Of a stretch of DNA of 64,000 nucleotides, positions 60,451 to 64,000 are shown piece after piece (within the stretch, counting starts at the first letter, position 1; every line of letters starts with the position of its first letter). The translations under genes and the position numbers were made by a program. The DNA lies in assembly GCA_963767735.1 (NCBI GenBank), contig CAVYES010000004.1, positions 416,001-480,000 of the forward strand, given 5' to 3'. Under the pieces are notes generated by a model. The model worked only from the letters and a program-made list of their open reading frames with translations. It ran no database searches and had not been told where the DNA came from. The DNA comes from Candidatus Bathyarchaeota archaeon (lineage in GTDB: Archaea > Thermoproteota > Bathyarchaeia > Bathyarchaeales > Bathycorpusculaceae).

Positions 60451-60848
60451 TACTTGTTCTCAGTTGATTGCTCTGTCTCAGTCTTCGATAAAACCAGAGC
60501 GCCTCCGATTACCCCAAGAAGCAGCCCCACAAGGTAGCCGCCCCCTGTGAAAATACTCAAAGCCGAAAAAGCAATCACAGTAACAGCCCCTTGCCTTTCA
60601 TTCTTTGAGTTACACAAGAGCCAAGCACCCAAAATGACTATTAAACCCAGAACCACAGTTAGCACTCCTAAAATGCCAAACTCCCTCGCGTCGAGTGAAT
60701 GTCTTCGGATCGCCCCAAGGCCCAATTCTAGAATCAATCGACTCCGAATCACGAGAAACACACCTTGGAGAACTATCAGAACTCCAGAAAGCAAAGAGAG
60801 CACAAAACCAAAGGCATGAGTATGACTGATATCATCAGTATGGTTCAT
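60450..60848 (-). CDS. Small four-TM membrane protein
   Basis: LSLLSG.LI, G..VI.GA, SALSI.TGGG..VG..LG.IGGAL pattern. Confidence 0.75.
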   Translation of the reverse strand: MNHTDDISHTHAFGFVLSLLSGVLIVLQGVFLVIRSRLILELGLGAIRRHSLDAREFGILGVLTVVLGLIVILGAWLLCNSKNERQGAVTVIAFSALSIFTGGGYLVGLLLGVIGGALVLSKTETEQSTENK

Positions 60849-61250
60849 TATATATGTCGCCTAACCCTCTCAGAATCTACACGTATAATCCAAGGCACAG
60901 CTGAAAGAAGAATAATAATGCCTACTACAGGATAAAGGAAGAGGTGTACACCAGGGACAACCTTTCCAACGCAAAATCCTAGAACAAGTAATGTGAGACC
61001 ACATAGTAACCGCCAACCAAATTGTAAGATAGAAAAAGCCCGATAATTCATCCCGCTGGCACCGGCAACGGACCAGTTGAACGAGTTGACGTTAAAGATT
61101 GCTCCAATTTCTCTTGAAGAAAATCGTCGAAACTTTCTCATCTCCTTTATTTGGAATGCTTTTAACAATATTGAAACTGGAACTCCTAAATTTGTTCTCA
61201 ATGGCAGTTCTTATTTCTGGAGTATGCACTTCTATAATGCAGAACTCGAT
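60848..61250 (-). pseudogene. Degraded DedA/VTT family gene
   Basis: C-terminal AG.SGM.YR.F, G...G..VPGV..FL.P....II.LS..P pattern; upstream part broken across frames. Confidence 0.55.
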
Positions 61251-61361
61251 TCTTCGGAGAACTTCTGCAGGAACGCTTACTAGACTAATTTCTGCGCCTT
61301 CACAATTGAACGAGCGCGCGTGTTCCTTCTGGCAAGCAATCGCTGAGAATTGAAAGTGTTG

Positions 61362-62825
61362 TTAGTATTTTATGATTAGAGTTGTGCCATTTTCGTTTGT
61401 CAATGTATAGATAATGGCTATTTTGTTGGGCAGGTCAGTTCCAGGAATGGCTTGTAATGTTTTAGGAGTGATGTATTCTGCTTGGTTTTGATTAAAGTTA
61501 GACGGCTGGTTTAGCGACGCTGGATTAGATGGTGAAATAATTTGCGGGTTTGCGTTTTGAAAACTGAATATTTGACTGGGCATTGAGTTAAAAGTCAGGT
61601 TAGAATCAATTAATATTATGTGGGTGCCAATCGAATCAGTACTGACGCCTTTAACGTAGGCTGAGGCTGTTAGTGCCAGTTTAGGAGTGACGTACCCAGA
61701 TTGGATATTGACTAAGGCGTAAGTAGCAGTGGCGCCAGCTACAATTATTATGCATGTTAGAAAAATCGCAACTATCCGCTTGCTGGGTTCAAGTCCCCTA
61801 GGTTTTATCATGGTTAGTTGGTTTATGTTCCTTAGCCTCAAGTCTATTTTCGGATGACCAGAAAGTATTTGCGGTCTATGAATGATTGGCGATGTTACTA
61901 AAAGATTTGAGGTTATTCGGATTAATCTACCTTCACCCGGTAGGTTTTGTAGTGCCGCAGTAATTTTTGTTAATGCGTTTGCCAAGCTGTCGGGTTTTTG
62001 TAGGAGTTTTGCTCCGTTTTCGTCCGCCAGCATTTCCCTTTCTCTTTGGCTGTTGAAGAATGCAAAGTATGCCAGAGGGTTGAAGAATGACACAGCCGTT
62101 AAAGCGTTAGACATGGTCTTAAAGAAGAAATCGTGATTTTTGACGTGGGCAAGTTCATGGGACGCTACTGCCAATATTTCTTCTTTATCTAAAATATTTA
62201 GAAGCCCTAAGGTGAAGACAAGTTTCGTTTTGCGGCCACTTCCCATTGTGAAAGCATTGGGACGCAAGTCTTCAACGAGCGCCACTTGTGGAGTTGAAAT
62301 GGATAGTTTCTTGGAGATTTTAGCTATTTCTGTTTGAAGCCAGCCATACTCATTTGAGTCGAGGTTGATTACATGCAGGAGCCTAGAAGCTATCCAATCT
62401 CCCATCACAATAGTTGTAACAGCGTAAATCCCTCCGAATGCTAAGCCGGCTAAGCAGATAATTCCTGTTATTGAAAGAACCTGACTTGTTGAAAGTGCCA
62501 TGAGCGTAACCATTGTTTGCGATAAAGGCGGCCGTATTAGATGGGAGGGGCTAAAAAGCATAGGCCCTTGAGGAACGCTGAAGGAACCGATTAAATGGTA
62601 AGAGACTGCTTGTATCAAAATTTTAGGCGGAAATGAAAGCATAACAAAGAGTGGCGCAACTATAGGGAGTAGGTAAATCAGGCTTTTGGTTTTGCTGCTC
62701 ATGAACGGGCAACACTTTACTACTATTTTTATGCAAACAAACGATATGACCAAAACTATAATGGAATAGTAAAAGTAAGGTTGAAAGACCTGAACTAGCA
62801 CATCTTCAAAGTTCAATTCAACCAC
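61362..62825 (-). CDS. M56/M48 (BlaR1/HtpX-like) membrane metalloprotease with extracellular tail
   Basis: PNAFT.G, HELAH..NHD, REMLAD, HP...R; extra TM and polar C-terminal region. Confidence 0.88.
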   Translation of the reverse strand: MVELNFEDVLVQVFQPYFYYSIIVLVISFVCIKIVVKCCPFMSSKTKSLIYLLPIVAPLFVMLSFPPKILIQAVSYHLIGSFSVPQGPMLFSPSHLIRPPLSQTMVTLMALSTSQVLSITGIICLAGLAFGGIYAVTTIVMGDWIASRLLHVINLDSNEYGWLQTEIAKISKKLSISTPQVALVEDLRPNAFTMGSGRKTKLVFTLGLLNILDKEEILAVASHELAHVKNHDFFFKTMSNALTAVSFFNPLAYFAFFNSQREREMLADENGAKLLQKPDSLANALTKITAALQNLPGEGRLIRITSNLLVTSPIIHRPQILSGHPKIDLRLRNINQLTMIKPRGLEPSKRIVAIFLTCIIIVAGATATYALVNIQSGYVTPKLALTASAYVKGVSTDSIGTHIILIDSNLTFNSMPSQIFSFQNANPQIISPSNPASLNQPSNFNQNQAEYITPKTLQAIPGTDLPNKIAIIYTLTNENGTTLIIKY

Positions 62826-62843
62826 CTCTTCAGAGTTGCCTTA

Positions 62844-63293
62844 TTATTTTTTATTCCTTTTTATTTTACTGAGTTGTTCTCGTAGCGCTTTGCGTTCTCC
62901 TTCTTCCATGTTGGTTTCTTCGATTAGGAAGCTGGTAACGGCTTCGCCGAAATTGCCGATCAAGCTTGCGAGAACCTCGCGGACGGCCGATTTTTGAAAA
63001 TTTTGTTTTCCAAGTTTAGGCCAGTAAACATAGTAGAGTCCGCCTCTTCCCTTTTCTATTTTTCTGTCCAGTAAGCTTTTCTCGAAGAGTCTATCCATGG
63101 TAGACATGACGGTTGTGTAGGCTATTTTCTTGGTCTTATTTAGGGCTGCTTGGATTTCTCTGACTGTTATGGGTGTTTTTTTGGAGCCCCATATTGCCTC
63201 CATGATGTTGGATTCCAGTGGGCCTAGAAAGGCTTCTAATGCTTTGCCTTCTATGTTGTATTGTGAGAATCCTGGTTTTTTCTCTTCAATCAT
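62844..63293 (-). CDS. BlaI/MecI/CopY family repressor (start reassigned to ATG 63293)
   Basis: LGPLE..IME..W, TVREI, AYTTVMSTMDRL.EK.LL.R, Y.YWP. Confidence 0.93.
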   Translation of the reverse strand: MIEEKKPGFSQYNIEGKALEAFLGPLESNIMEAIWGSKKTPITVREIQAALNKTKKIAYTTVMSTMDRLFEKSLLDRKIEKGRGGLYYVYWPKLGKQNFQKSAVREVLASLIGNFGEAVTSFLIEETNMEEGERKALREQLSKIKRNKK

Positions 63294-63308
63294 AGCTTGA
63301 GACCACAT

Positions 63309-63325
63309 TACTATCGTGACTAGTA
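63309..63325. promoter_or_regulatory. Probable BlaI-type operator TACTA-N7-TAGTA
   Basis: Inverted repeat between minus-strand BRE/TATA (CGAAAGC-TTAAAGA) and the repressor start. Confidence 0.7.
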
Positions 63326-63407
63326 GCTCTTTAAGCTTTCGAAACAAAGATTACTTTTTTCACTTTTCAGTTTCAAAAAAAGAAAGGTGAGGAGCTTGCC
63401 ATTTCTA

Positions 63408-64000
63408 TTAAGAGGTTCCTGAACTGGTAGGGGCAGGTCGTGCGCCTAGTACCAATGAAATGTTCATGCTTTGGTTGTTTCGTATAATTGTCAGACTAAT
63501 GGTTTGTCCCGGTAGCGTATATTCTTCGAGGTACGTCGATAGGTCGTCCGAGTTTCTGATTCTTGACCCGTTAGTGGCTATTATGATGTCGCCGCCTATG
63601 TATAAGTTGTTGCCGTCTATTGTGGCTTGAGTCGTGCCTGCTTTGAGACCGGCATTGGCCGCGGGTCCACCGCTTGTTACTTCCTGGACTAGGACGCCGT
63701 ACGTGACAGATACTCCCATTTGTTGCGCGATATCATAAGTCATGTCTACGGTTTCTATGCCCAAGTACGGGTGTTGAGTGTATGTACCAGTAGTTGCTAA
63801 GTCTTGGACTTCTCTCAGTATGGTGCCTGAGGGTATGGCGAAACCTAAGCCTTGTGAGTCGCTAACTATGGCCGTTGTCATGCCGATAACCTGGCCTTGA
63901 TCGTTGAGTAGGGGTCCGCCTGAGTTGCCTGGGTTTATGGCGGTGCTTGTTTGGATGATGTCAGCTATGGCGTATCCGTTTGTGGTGTCTTCGGTGATTG
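63408..64000 (-). CDS. htrA: HtrA/DegP serine protease with PDZ domain (5' end outside window)
   Basis: [38 protein letters not shown]. Confidence 0.93.
   Translation of the reverse strand, partial: ITEDTTNGYAIADIIQTSTAINPGNSGGPLLNDQGQVIGMTTAIVSDSQGLGFAIPSGTILREVQDLATTGTYTQHPYLGIETVDMTYDIAQQMGVSVTYGVLVQEVTSGGPAANAGLKAGTTQATIDGNNLYIGGDIIIATNGSRIRNSDDLSTYLEEYTLPGQTISLTIIRNNQSMNISLVLGARPAPTSSGTS

Noticed and set aside
112-62337. Numerous short antisense or nested ORFs in the track
   Set aside because: They overlap well-supported genes and lack motifs or expression signals.

Overview
Archaeal chromosomal window, most likely Bathyarchaeia (TACK). Archaeal signs are EF-2 with the diphthamide HRG motif, ATP-dependent ligase, Nre, Nip7, AfpA and TATA/BRE promoters; the Bathyarchaeia assignment is inferred from the surface-protein repertoire. 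It mixes housekeeping genes (nadA, trxA, lig, nre, tRNA-Asp, EF-2, rsmB/nip7, glnA) with surface proteins, a vapBC pair, a complete 540-bp tnpA-only IS200/IS605 element and a BlaI/M56-type pair. Several genes between 38 and 55 kb, including essential EF-2, carry 1-2 nt indels, mostly in homopolymers, so these are probably assembly errors. Most notable: (1) a cobalt/corrinoid cluster (36.4-47.4 kb) with five copies of a 15-bp palindrome (consensus TGGATAAnTTATCCA) just downstream of TATA boxes, one over the start of an uncharacterised winged-helix gene that is the obvious candidate regulator; (2) a radical-SAM/SPASM protein in that regulon that has lost the CX3CX2C motif but keeps the SPASM cysteines; (3) two NiCoT paralogues split between a NikR operator and this box; (4) microproteins missed by the ORF track: a paralogous MCSL pair with a shared promoter 16-mer, an acidic Cys-rich 28-mer, a Zn-ribbon 48-mer and a signal-peptide-only 33-mer. 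All calls are by eye; no searches were run.
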